A DNA stretch of 64,000 nucleotides. It comes from Candidatus Omnitrophota bacterium (lineage in GTDB: Bacteria; Omnitrophota; Gorgyraeia; Zapsychrales; Fredricksoniimonadaceae). The stretch lies in the NCBI GenBank assembly GCA_903944345.1, contig CAJARJ010000021.1:5528-69527 (forward strand), written 5' to 3'. Of the stretch, positions 56,701 through 64,000 are shown in pieces. The position numbers and the translations under genes are program-made. Positions within the stretch are counted from its first letter, which is position 1, and every line of letters begins with the position of its first letter. Below the pieces are notes generated by a model. It saw only the letters and a program-made list of their open reading frames with translations, had not been told where the DNA came from and did no database searches.

Positions 56701-57818
56701 GGGCGCTTGTGCGCCATTTCAAGCCGGAGATTTCTTATAACAAGGACACTCTGGCCGGAAACTTTTTGTCAGCGCCCGCTATTGAGGGTCTGCGTTTTGT
56801 GGCGGATCCGCTTAATTCTTCGCAGATTCGGGTGAGCGGCCGAGCCGATGTTCTTTCGGGATCTCCCAGCCGGACATTCTCCCTGATGGCCAGAGACCCT
56901 TTGGCCGATGCCTGGGATCGTAAGGTTTTATTCTTTGCGCATCGGGAGGTTCTTGTTGATGTAGCCGATTTCAGGGATTATATACGACACAGGTCTGAAG
57001 AAGCGCTGAGCCGGTATCCTCCTTTGCGCAGAGGGAAGTCGCCGTCTTTTGTTTCAGAAGAATCTGTTGCGGAAATGTTGCAAGAGTTTTTTCTTCCCCG
57101 AACGTATCAAACGGCGGCACTAAGATCCCTTAAAGGAGGGGATTTTGTTGCAGAAGATGAGCCGGGTGAAACTAAAGACGACGGATACGATATATTAGAC
57201 GGGGATTTGTTGTGGCGACTTTCCCAGCAGACGCTGGGCTCATATTTTGTCGGGGAAGAATTGCGGCCCGGGATTGTTCGCCCCCCGGATCCGCACAGGA
57301 CCAGGGAGTCAAGGTTATTGCTTAATCTTTTACGTGAAGTTTTTCCCTCGGGTCGCCTGATTCATCGGGCAGGCCGTCGCAGGGAACAGGGGTTTATGAA
57401 TCATAATCTGGCAACCGTTGAGACAGTCCATTATTATTCGTGGATCATTCTTGGCGAAGAGGTGGTGGGCGAGTTAGCCAGAGAGTTGTCCGGATTGGCT
57501 TTGCGGTATGACCTTTCCCGAGCGGTTAGCGTAGAGGAGCAGGCCCGTGTACTGGATCTTGAAGGACTGTTGTTCCTTTTGTATCTCGACAAGAACAAAC
57601 AGCTCGAAGATCTGCAGGCTCTGGATCCGGTATCTCCGGTAGGAGGGATTGATCTGAGTCTTTCCTGGGGGACGGGGAGAGACTCTTTGTCTGCAGTTGA
57701 GTCTGCGCAAGATGCCCTCGTTCCTGATTTGGACAACGGGTTACTGATTAAAATGATGAAGGTGTGTTTTCTGCCGGATGTGGCCGCTTTTATTCCCGAT
57801 TTTTCTTTGAAGAAATAA
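53739..57818 (+). CDS. Giant signal-peptide protein (1360 aa from the internal start) with an internal PPDK-N/PEP-utilising ATP-grasp-like domain
   Basis: Start at the ATG at 53739 (MGRRLAASLLVLVLLF signal peptide). Residues ~395-640 carry GNKGRNLQALDSLLPDIVPPFLVISGHLY, AVRPAGYINMPG and FPVEVEFVVERGKLWVLQVN, which resemble the GGKxxNLxEL..VPpGFvIt and DIE(F/W)..E.GKL(W/Y).LQ blocks of the pyruvate,phosphate dikinase N-terminal nucleotide-binding domain. Confidence 0.65.
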   Translation: MGRRLAASLLVLVLLFENGLTQAQGLYWLPAPNRMILPGAPFAPSLFQGLRLEASDPLNFQFLLEDGESSADHSEIERMLRYFMAALALPQKDVWVNLSPGESRRVAPQALALTEIGRELLGQDYVLKQLAASLLFPESEGGRAFWENVYRQAWIRFGTVDIPLETQSRVWIVPGEISLYQQKGVVLVASARLQVLAEDDYLRFKDGKPEGSGQSDIRRLVSDVFRQMILPELEREVNSGPAFSRLRQVYYALILADWYKKNFQMISGLSSYVDQGRLAGLATESPHLREQVWGQYMQAYQIGVFNFVREESSPDGGQIPRKYFSGGISLDVAANAEVTDSRELPRYARPLRLVNVQAVDRAQVPEEYLSADPRSAGNKGRNLQALDSLLPDIVPPFLVISGHLYSAATGDPQMVALVCAKVLERLERVLRSGATLAVRPAGYINMPGILPTIKQVRTHQELVQAVWDIYKAWEMPEVRAYLSTETARLEAALAIDKKFPVDIGPAIVVQQEVFSDRGAYSGSGVFVSRNIKSGDFHVSGSLGINVVPEDIRNGSVRSLLNLGPSVDEQFPSFSQDGGAGFYATLESAARKLEKAYHFPVEVEFVVERGKLWVLQVNHQDIPATVGSQILTRMVSEGILSRAGTVRERVRMIRQRVGKIRSGVNLEPLLENVRGLSVGAVDGVLSFSVPEAKQMRALGQKVILLSLEPDLPGVTQALIDAQIDGFVTMYGDYHMHNARLARNRLIPGLSLVGTSARIVAGVSAPRLQIGSRTYSAGDRLVVNAEDFNRDGEVFHSGGLFVNDQEESVIDYHEEAVNYLDFDEQQVRQQVRQRFVGQDYQVLTALHALLKAYLFLKVDPQDFTVDQLEIATNELHQILDEAYREGEQVAESADYNGAREAVFVPIVEGFGDSFPFPEMRTLGDLEKGWELMAYFVERYRAMPPARIDYFNYSSERPNLVAESLSIPLSFSVLFNDPEHINWTYENAQLWALVRHFKPEISYNKDTLAGNFLSAPAIEGLRFVADPLNSSQIRVSGRADVLSGSPSRTFSLMARDPLADAWDRKVLFFAHREVLVDVADFRDYIRHRSEEALSRYPPLRRGKSPSFVSEESVAEMLQEFFLPRTYQTAALRSLKGGDFVAEDEPGETKDDGYDILDGDLLWRLSQQTLGSYFVGEELRPGIVRPPDPHRTRESRLLLNLLREVFPSGRLIHRAGRRREQGFMNHNLATVETVHYYSWIILGEEVVGELARELSGLALRYDLSRAVSVEEQARVLDLEGLLFLLYLDKNKQLEDLQALDPVSPVGGIDLSLSWGTGRDSLSAVESAQDALVPDLDNGLLIKMMKVCFLPDVAAFIPDFSLKK

Positions 57819-57968
57819 GATCCCCACTTTGTGTAGACCCTTCTTTCGGGCGGGTTTCTATGCGAAAATGCTGTGGATTTACCGGGAATTATTTGAACAG
57901 ATATGCTATTTTATCCCTGCGCACGCTTTGTTCCGGATTTTTTGTTAGCGATACGGGGTAAATGGTTT

Positions 57969-58505
57969 ATGCTTCTGAATCGATGGGGTATTCTTTTGGT
58001 TGTGTTGGCGTTGTCGGGGGCTGCCTCCGGTTGTGATCGTATTTACGGCTTATTGCATAAACCGGGCGGAGAAGAACGCAGCGTCCTGGGGGAAGTTGTT
58101 TTTAATGAGTATAATCCCAAAGTCGAAGAGTTGCAGCAGATTCTGAAAACTCTGGGTTACAATATTGGTCGAGCTGACGGCAAGTTTGGCGCGGCGACGC
58201 GTGAGGCTGTGGCAAAATTTCAGGCCGAGGAAAAACTTGAGGTGACCCGGTTTGTTGACAAACTCACCTGGGAGCGGTTGCGCAGTTATGCGGACGGGCC
58301 ATTTATCAGTCAGGGACAGGTTAAGGCCCTTAATGTTCAGCGGGCACTTCTCGCCGCGGGCTATGATCCTGGCAGGATAGACGGGCAGATGGGGACGCGC
58401 ACGCGCGAGGCAGTCAAGTCCTTTCAGCGTGACCGCGGATTGTCTCCCGACGGACAGGTCGGACTAAGGACGATCAAGCTTCTTGCAGAGTACCATCGCG
58501 AATGA
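57969..58505 (+). CDS. Lipoprotein with two peptidoglycan-binding (PG_binding_1-like) domains
   Basis: Start at the internal M: MLLNRWGILLVVLALSGAASGC is an SPase II lipobox. Two repeats LGYNIGRADGKFGAATREAVAKFQ and AGYDPGRIDGQMGTRTREAVKSFQRDRGLSPDGQVG. Confidence 0.65.
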   Translation: MLLNRWGILLVVLALSGAASGCDRIYGLLHKPGGEERSVLGEVVFNEYNPKVEELQQILKTLGYNIGRADGKFGAATREAVAKFQAEEKLEVTRFVDKLTWERLRSYADGPFISQGQVKALNVQRALLAAGYDPGRIDGQMGTRTREAVKSFQRDRGLSPDGQVGLRTIKLLAEYHRE

Positions 58506-58549
58506 CAGTTCCGGAGGGGCCTCTGCAGACTGCCGGGGGCGCTTAATTC

Positions 58550-59908
58550 ATGGCAAGATGTATCCGCATAAGAAAAGGCCGCAATCTTCCGTTGACAGGG
58601 GAGGCGGGCAGACAATGGCGTGATTGCCGGATTCCTTCTGTTGTCAGAGTTCCTTTCTACGAATTTACCGCGCAGGATTTCCGTTTTCTTGTTCAGCCGC
58701 ACGACCGGGTTCTTCTGGGGTCACCTCTTCTGCAGAAAAGAAATAATCCAGCGCTGGTTATTGTTTCTCCGGTTAGTGGTCGGGTGACAGGTATTGTGCG
58801 CGGTGAGCGCAGGATTCCGGAATATCTTGAGATTAAGACCGATATTCGGCAGGAAACGGTGACGCCTCGTCCGTTTTCTCCGGAACGGTTGCCGCACCTG
58901 GACAGAGACGAGATTATCGCCCGGATGCTTGAGGGGGGCGTGTGGCCTTTTGTTTGTCAGCGTCCATTTGGCCGCATGGCGGATCCTTCGGTTTTGCCGC
59001 AGGCTGTTTTTGTTCGTGCCATGGACACCTCTCCTCTGGCGCCGGATATCAACATGATTCTTCAGGGACAAGAAGACGATTTTCTGCTAGGACTTTCCCT
59101 TGTGCGCCGGCTGACAACCGGATCGACATATTTATGTCATGGTCCCGAGGCAGCTTCCCGGGCCATTGGGGATTTCCCCGGCATCGAGCGGGCTGTTTTC
59201 AGGGGCCCCCATCCAGCGGGAAATACGGGAACACATGTGCATCATCTTTTTTCTTTATCCAGAGGAAAGGTGGTCTGGACTTTTGATGTCCAGGACGTTA
59301 TAGCGGTTGCGCGGCTTTTTCGGGAAGGAGTTTTTTGTCCCTGGCGGGTGGTGGCACTTACTGGTGAAGGACTTCCCCCTGACCGCAGGGGGTACGTGCG
59401 GGTTATGGCAGGAACTCCGCTGGAATCTTTAACCGGAGCGATTAATCCTCAGGCCAAGGTTGTTGCCGGCAATGCACTTTGGGGCGTGTTGCGCGAGAAA
59501 AGCTCCGGATTGGGTTTTATGACGAACCAGCTGACGATCTTGCCCGGAGGAAGTGGTCGGAAATTTCTGGGTTGGCTTGCCCCGGGAGAAAATCTCTTTA
59601 GTTTCCGGCGGTTATTCTTGTCGTCTTTCTTGCCGGGAACGTTCTTTAAAATGGAAATTTGTTTAAACGGCAGCCCGCGGGCCATTGTTCTCAATGATGT
59701 TTACGATGATCTGGTGGCGCTGGATGTGCTGACTTTTTTTCTGATCAAGGCGATCCTGGCCGGAGAGATTGAGGAAATGGAGCGCCTGGGAATCCTTGAA
59801 TGCTCACCGGAAGACTTTGCCCTGGCTGCGTTCGCCTGTCCTTCAAAGACAGATATTCCTGCTCTGATTGCTCGCGGACTGGAGTTGATGGAGAAAGAGG
59901 GGATATGA
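58550..59908 (+). CDS. nqrA: Na+-translocating NADH:quinone oxidoreductase subunit A
   Basis: IRIRKGRNLPLTGEA start; VFVRAMDTSPLAPD and GPHPAGNTGTHVHHL blocks match NqrA. Confidence 0.9.
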   Translation: MARCIRIRKGRNLPLTGEAGRQWRDCRIPSVVRVPFYEFTAQDFRFLVQPHDRVLLGSPLLQKRNNPALVIVSPVSGRVTGIVRGERRIPEYLEIKTDIRQETVTPRPFSPERLPHLDRDEIIARMLEGGVWPFVCQRPFGRMADPSVLPQAVFVRAMDTSPLAPDINMILQGQEDDFLLGLSLVRRLTTGSTYLCHGPEAASRAIGDFPGIERAVFRGPHPAGNTGTHVHHLFSLSRGKVVWTFDVQDVIAVARLFREGVFCPWRVVALTGEGLPPDRRGYVRVMAGTPLESLTGAINPQAKVVAGNALWGVLREKSSGLGFMTNQLTILPGGSGRKFLGWLAPGENLFSFRRLFLSSFLPGTFFKMEICLNGSPRAIVLNDVYDDLVALDVLTFFLIKAILAGEIEEMERLGILECSPEDFALAAFACPSKTDIPALIARGLELMEKEGI

Positions 59909-61086
59909 GGTTTTTAAGAAAGATCTTTGATTGTGCCGGGGAGGTGTTTCGTCCGGGCCGTCCTCTGGAACGGCTGTTTCCCCTGTTTGAAGCGGTCGAC
60001 ACGTTTCTTTTTACGCCCGGGGAAACGCCTCGATGCGCTCCCTTTGTTCGTGATGCCGCAGATCTCAAACGGGTCATGGTTACCGTTATTGCCGCACTCT
60101 TGCCGTCGGCATTGTTTGGTATTTACAATACCGGTTACCAGGCTATTCTTGCGTCGGGCAAGGAGCCGGCATTGATGGAGGCCATGATGCTGGGCGCACA
60201 CATTGTCCTTCCGATTATTTTGGTCAGTTATTTGGCTGGCGGATTCTGGGAAGTTCTTTTTGCCTGTGTTCGCAAACGGACGATTAGTGAAGGGTTTCTG
60301 GTGACGGGACTGCTTTTTGCTCTCACCCTTCCGGCGACGATCCCTTTGTGGCAGGTGGCTGTTGGCGTTTCTTTTGGCGTGGTGATCGGTAAGGAAGTGT
60401 TTGGCGGAACAGGCATGAATCTGGTTAATCCGGCCCTGGCGGGTCGGGCGTTTTTGTTTTTTGCCTATCCCGCTTCCATCTCGGGGGATACGGTCTGGGT
60501 TGCGGTTGACGGGGTAACCCGGGCCACGCCTTTGTCGGTGGTGGCCTCGGCTCCTGCCGGAACAAATCCTGTCGAACTTTTGGTGTCCCGCGGGTATGAC
60601 TGGAGCGCCTTGTTCTTTGGCTTTTGTCCGGGGTCAATAGGCGAAACCTCCCGCCTGGCTTGTTGCGTTGGACTGGGAGTTCTTTTAATCGCCGGGGTAG
60701 CCAGCTGGCGGATTGTGGTCGGGTGTGTACTGGGGCTTTTGGCTGTCAGCGGATTGCTTTTGTTTTTTGCCGGGCCGCAGGCATCAGCTTTTATGCGCCT
60801 TCCTCCTTATTGGCACATGGTTCTTGGCAGTTTTGCCTTTGGCGCGGTTTTTATGGCAACTGATCCGGTTTCCTCGGCGGCGACATCTTTCGGACGTTGG
60901 GTTTATGGTTTTTGTATTGGAGCGCTTGTTGTGGTCATTCGGGTGTTTAATCCGGCTTATCCGGAAGGAACCATGCTGGCTATTCTGCTTATGAATATTT
61001 TTGCGCCTTTGCTGGATTTTGTTGCGGTTGAGTGGCACGTGACGCGCCGGAATCACCGTTTGCAAGGCGCAAAGGGGGGGCGATGA
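59905..61086 (+). CDS. nqrB: Na+-translocating NADH:quinone oxidoreductase subunit B
   Basis: Start at the ATG at 59905, which overlaps the nqrA stop (ATGA). Polytopic membrane protein with a GKEVFGGTGMNLVNPALAGRAF block and an FMN-attachment-type region (FMATDPVSS). Confidence 0.9.
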   Translation: MRFLRKIFDCAGEVFRPGRPLERLFPLFEAVDTFLFTPGETPRCAPFVRDAADLKRVMVTVIAALLPSALFGIYNTGYQAILASGKEPALMEAMMLGAHIVLPIILVSYLAGGFWEVLFACVRKRTISEGFLVTGLLFALTLPATIPLWQVAVGVSFGVVIGKEVFGGTGMNLVNPALAGRAFLFFAYPASISGDTVWVAVDGVTRATPLSVVASAPAGTNPVELLVSRGYDWSALFFGFCPGSIGETSRLACCVGLGVLLIAGVASWRIVVGCVLGLLAVSGLLLFFAGPQASAFMRLPPYWHMVLGSFAFGAVFMATDPVSSAATSFGRWVYGFCIGALVVVIRVFNPAYPEGTMLAILLMNIFAPLLDFVAVEWHVTRRNHRLQGAKGGR

Positions 61087-61814
61087 GACCGGATCGGGAG
61101 AGCGCGGGCTATACATTTGTATTTGCTTTCGTGGTGTGCGTGGCCTGCGGGCTGGTTCTTTCTTTTGTGGCGCAGAGCCTGCGCGCGCGCCAGGAGTTTA
61201 ACGCGGCGCTGGAAGTGCGAAAAAGTATTTTGCAGGCGGCGCGAGTTGTACCCGGGGCGCTGCAGAAGGTTCCTTTACAGGAGATCAACAGCCTGTTCGA
61301 GCGGAACATCCGTTCGGTCCGGGTTGACAGCCAGGGAGGTGTCCAGGCTTTTTCCGGGGCGAAAGATCAAAACCCCTCACAGGAGGGGAATCCTTTGTAT
61401 ATTTACCATGAACAGGATCGACCCGTGGCCTATATTTTTCCGGTGGAAGGCAGCGGATTGTGGGGACAGATACACGGTTTTCTTGCGCTGGAGGCAGACG
61501 GGATAACGGTGCGCGGACTGGCGTTTAGTTCCCATTCGGAAACTCCAGGGCTTGGCGGAGAAATAGACAAAGAATCGTTTCTTAAAGGGTTTTATGGAAA
61601 AAAGATCTGGGATGAAAAGAGCCGGCAGCTGGTGAGTGTCACGATTGCCAAAGGCCGGGCCGCCGACCGGGTGGGTTCTGAACGCTTGCCGTATTATGTT
61701 GATGGCATAAGCGGAGCCACCTTGACGGGAGACGGCATCAATGTTTTTCTGAAGGACACTCTGCTCCGGTATAAGCCGTTTCTTGCCCGGATCCGGGTGG
61801 GAGAAAGGCCATGA
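61083..61814 (+). CDS. nqrC: Na+-translocating NADH:quinone oxidoreductase subunit C
   Basis: Start at the ATG at 61083 (ATGA overlap with nqrB). A single N-terminal TM helix, then the FMN-binding motif ISGATLTG. Confidence 0.9.
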   Translation: MRPDRESAGYTFVFAFVVCVACGLVLSFVAQSLRARQEFNAALEVRKSILQAARVVPGALQKVPLQEINSLFERNIRSVRVDSQGGVQAFSGAKDQNPSQEGNPLYIYHEQDRPVAYIFPVEGSGLWGQIHGFLALEADGITVRGLAFSSHSETPGLGGEIDKESFLKGFYGKKIWDEKSRQLVSVTIAKGRAADRVGSERLPYYVDGISGATLTGDGINVFLKDTLLRYKPFLARIRVGERP

Positions 61815-62437
61815 TCCGGTTAACCCGCAAAGAGATGACCGTTTTGAAGGAAGGCCTCTGGTCGGGCAATCCGGTGACTTTCCAGGTTTTGGGGGTTTGC
61901 TCTGCCCTGGCGGTCACAGTCAAAGTGGAAACCGCTCTTCTTATGGGGATCGGGCTGACGTTTGTTGCCGCCAGTTCTTCTTTGCTTGTTTCGTTGCTGC
62001 GGGCGTTTATTCCGTCGAGGATCAGAATCATTGTTCAGCTTCTGGTCGTTTCCGTTCTGGTGATTACGGTCGATCAGTTGCTGCGGGCATTTTTTTATGC
62101 GGTTTCAAAACAGATGAGTGTGTTTGTTGGTCTTATTATTACAAACTGTATTGTGATGGGGCGGGTGGAAGGGTATGCCATGATCAATCCGCCGAGGCGG
62201 GCATTTCTGGACGGACTGGCCAACGGGCTGGGTTATGCGGCGGTGCTGGTATTGATCGCGGTGGTGCGCGAGCTCGCAGGCAGCGGAACAATTTTGGGTG
62301 GAGCCGTTTTGCCCCGGGAGTTGTATGAGCACGGGTATGTCAATAACGGCCTCATGGTTCTGGCGCCGGGAGCATTCTTTTTGCTGGGTCTTGTGGTCTG
62401 GCTGCAGCGGGCCTTGAGCGGTTACCGGGAAAAATAA
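61811..62437 (+). CDS. nqrD: Na+-translocating NADH:quinone oxidoreductase subunit D
   Basis: NPVTFQVLGVCSALAVT start region typical of NqrD/RnfE-like subunits; ATGA overlap with nqrC. Confidence 0.9.
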   Translation: MIRLTRKEMTVLKEGLWSGNPVTFQVLGVCSALAVTVKVETALLMGIGLTFVAASSSLLVSLLRAFIPSRIRIIVQLLVVSVLVITVDQLLRAFFYAVSKQMSVFVGLIITNCIVMGRVEGYAMINPPRRAFLDGLANGLGYAAVLVLIAVVRELAGSGTILGGAVLPRELYEHGYVNNGLMVLAPGAFFLLGLVVWLQRALSGYREK

Positions 62438-62451
62438 AAAAGGGAAGAACC

Positions 62452-63060
62452 GTGGCGGATTATTGGGGGCTTTTTTTCAGTACAGTTTTTGTTAACAATA
62501 TCCTTTTCTCCGGGTTTCTGGGCATGTGCTCGTTTTTGGCCTGTTCCCGGCGAATGTCCACCGCGCTTGGTTTGGGGGCGGCGGTTGTTTTTGTTCTGAC
62601 GGTAACAGTTCCTCTTAATTGGTTGCTCAAGGAGTTCCTGCTGCGCAAGGGGGCGCTGGCCTGGGCCGGCCTTCCGGAAACAGATTTGAGTTTTTTGGTG
62701 CTCATTGTTTTTGTTTCCAGTATTGCGGCGTTGACGCAGATAGTTGAAATTGTGATTGAACGTTATAGTCCGGCGCTGCATGAATCTTTGGGTGTTTTTC
62801 TTCCTCTTATTGCGGTGAATTGTGCCATTCTTGGCACGTCCCTTTTTATGGATCAGCGCGGATACACGTTTGTGCAGGCGGCTGTTTACGGTGCGGCGTC
62901 CGGAACCGGATGGGGTTTGGCTATTGTTCTGATGGCGGCGATCAGAAAAAAGTTGTGGTATTCGGATGTTCCCGGACCGCTTAAAGGCTTGGGAATTTCC
63001 CTTCTGATCACGGGATTAATGGCTATGGCTTTTATGGCTTTTTCCGGAATTAGACTGTAG
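62452..63060 (+). CDS. nqrE: Na+-translocating NADH:quinone oxidoreductase subunit E
   Basis: FSTVFVNNILFSGFLGMCSFLACS is typical of NqrE/RnfA-like subunits. Confidence 0.9.
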   Translation: MADYWGLFFSTVFVNNILFSGFLGMCSFLACSRRMSTALGLGAAVVFVLTVTVPLNWLLKEFLLRKGALAWAGLPETDLSFLVLIVFVSSIAALTQIVEIVIERYSPALHESLGVFLPLIAVNCAILGTSLFMDQRGYTFVQAAVYGAASGTGWGLAIVLMAAIRKKLWYSDVPGPLKGLGISLLITGLMAMAFMAFSGIRL

Positions 63061-63094
63061 ATTTCAGGCGTAAAAAGGTTGGAGGAAGACGGCA

Positions 63095-64000
63095 GTGTTT
63101 GTTGTTGTTTTGAGTGTGCTGGTATTTTCCGGGATTATCATGTTCCTGGTGGCGGCTCTTTTTGTGATCACTCGCAAGCTGACCTCTGCCCGGACTTGCC
63201 GTATTGGTGTGAACGGTTTTGCGCGATCCATCGAGGTTTCCGCTGGAGGCAAGCTTCTGCCGGTTCTGGCGCAGCACGGAATTTTTTTGTCTTCGGCTTG
63301 TGGCGGCGGGGGGGTGTGCGGTCATTGCAAATGTCAGGTGCTCCAAGGCGGCAGCGGGGCGTTGGCCACTGAAAAGGGGCTTTTGTCGCGGGAAGAGTTG
63401 CGTCAGCATTATCGGCTGGCTTGTCAGGTCAGGGTTCGCGAAGATATGAATATTCGCGTTTCCGAGCGGGCGTTTCATTCCGGGCCGTTTGTGTGCGAGG
63501 TTGTTTCCAATAACAATGTCGCGACATTTATAAAGGAACTGGTATTGGTGCCGTTGGCGTCAGCATCGCCGGCGTTTCGGGCGGGAGAGTATTTGCAGAT
63601 TTCCGTGCCCGAGTATGATCTTAATTTCCGTGACTTTGTGATTGAGCAAGATTATTATTCGCAGTGGCAGCAACAGGGTTGGCTGGAAGTTCGTGCCGTT
63701 AATGATGAGCCTGTGATCAGGGCGTATTCCATCGCCAGTTATCCCGGGGAGAGAGGGGGACTTCGCCTGAATGTGCGCATGGCCCTTCCGCCGGCTGGAA
63801 CAAAGAAGGGTATCCCGGGGAGGGCTTCTTCTTTTTTGTTTTCGCTGAAGCCCGGCGACCGGGTTATGGTCAGCGGCCCGTACGGGGAGTTTCTTATCCG
63901 GGACAGCGACCGCGAAATGGTGTATATCGGAGGCGGCGCGGGAATGGCACCGTTGCGCAGTCATTTGGGCGATTTGTTTTATAACCGGAAAACGCAGCGG
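63095..64000 (+). CDS. nqrF: Na+-translocating NADH:quinone oxidoreductase subunit F, 5' partial (C-terminus beyond the window end); not in the ORF track
   Basis: GTG start at 63095 after a GGAGGA RBS. Translation reads TM helix, then the 2Fe-2S ferredoxin motif SACGGGGVCGHCKCQV...RLACQV, then FAD-binding RAYSIASYP and GGGAGMAPLRSH. The ORF is open to position 64000. The track's 63079..63372 ORF is in a different frame. Confidence 0.9.
   Translation, partial: MFVVVLSVLVFSGIIMFLVAALFVITRKLTSARTCRIGVNGFARSIEVSAGGKLLPVLAQHGIFLSSACGGGGVCGHCKCQVLQGGSGALATEKGLLSREELRQHYRLACQVRVREDMNIRVSERAFHSGPFVCEVVSNNNVATFIKELVLVPLASASPAFRAGEYLQISVPEYDLNFRDFVIEQDYYSQWQQQGWLEVRAVNDEPVIRAYSIASYPGERGGLRLNVRMALPPAGTKKGIPGRASSFLFSLKPGDRVMVSGPYGEFLIRDSDREMVYIGGGAGMAPLRSHLGDLFYNRKTQR

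Noticed and set aside
63079-63372. Track ORF 63079..63372 (+)
   Set aside because: Wrong frame. The nqrF frame, with its GTG start at 63095, gives a canonical NqrF N-terminus and 2Fe-2S motif and stays open to the window end.
1-64000. CRISPR arrays, tRNA/rRNA genes, IS elements or integrases
   Set aside because: No spaced direct-repeat arrays and no tRNA-like T-loop/anticodon structures in the intergenic regions at 12.24-12.46, 32.56-32.91, 47.47-47.50, 48.83-49.39 or 57.82-57.97 kb. No transposase or integrase-like ORFs. The only repeats seen are the intragenic coding repeats at 12.6-13.6 kb.

Overview
This is a 64 kb bacterial chromosomal window, coding-dense on both strands and roughly 50-58% GC by eye. 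I found no rRNA, tRNA, CRISPR array, IS element or integrase. The organisation is as follows. (1) 1-27.3 kb is an unusually dense, apparently unclassified biosynthetic or maturation supercluster. It has at least 11 radical SAM (rSAM) genes: 1 partial at the window edge, 2 cobalamin-type B12-rSAM, 5 with a SPASM/twitch Cys-rich C-terminus, and 3 others. It also has 3 asparagine-synthetase-like PP-loop (ATP pyrophosphatase-type) proteins, 2 DUF3419/BtaA-like SAM-dependent proteins, a PaaK-like adenylating enzyme, a DegT-family aminotransferase, GT-C and GT1 glycosyltransferases, and two Thr/Asn-rich tandem-repeat secreted proteins. At its centre is a cassette of two rSAM maturases followed by two paralogous ~140-aa His-rich precursor-like genes carrying His-Xaa-Ser/Asn triplets; this resembles the TIGRFAMs His-Xaa-Ser (Hxs) system. 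(2) 27.4-30.8 kb holds the GT1 gene, a CorC/HlyC-family transporter-like protein and an AOX-like protein. (3) ilvD is at 30.9-32.6 kb. (4) 32.9-41.7 kb is a glycogen cluster: glgP, glgB, a DUF4139 protein and a GH57 enzyme. (5) 41.7-47.5 kb is a polyphosphate cluster: ppx/gppA, ppk1, a CHAD protein, and a metallophosphoesterase fused to a Ppx-C-terminal-like HD domain. (6) A ROK glucokinase on the minus strand is at 47.5-48.8 kb. (7) 49.4-57.8 kb holds two tandem giant paralogous proteins of 1422 and 1375 aa with signal peptides; the second has a PPDK-N / PEP-utilising ATP-grasp-like segment. (8) 57.9-64.0 kb holds a peptidoglycan-binding lipoprotein and nqrABCDEF, with nqrF truncated by the window end. 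Coordinates come from the supplied ORF track. Where I moved a start to an internal start codon I checked it against the printed sequence. Treat all boundaries as accurate to about 3 nt; around 680-770 my manual base count and the track disagree by 1 nt, which I could not resolve.
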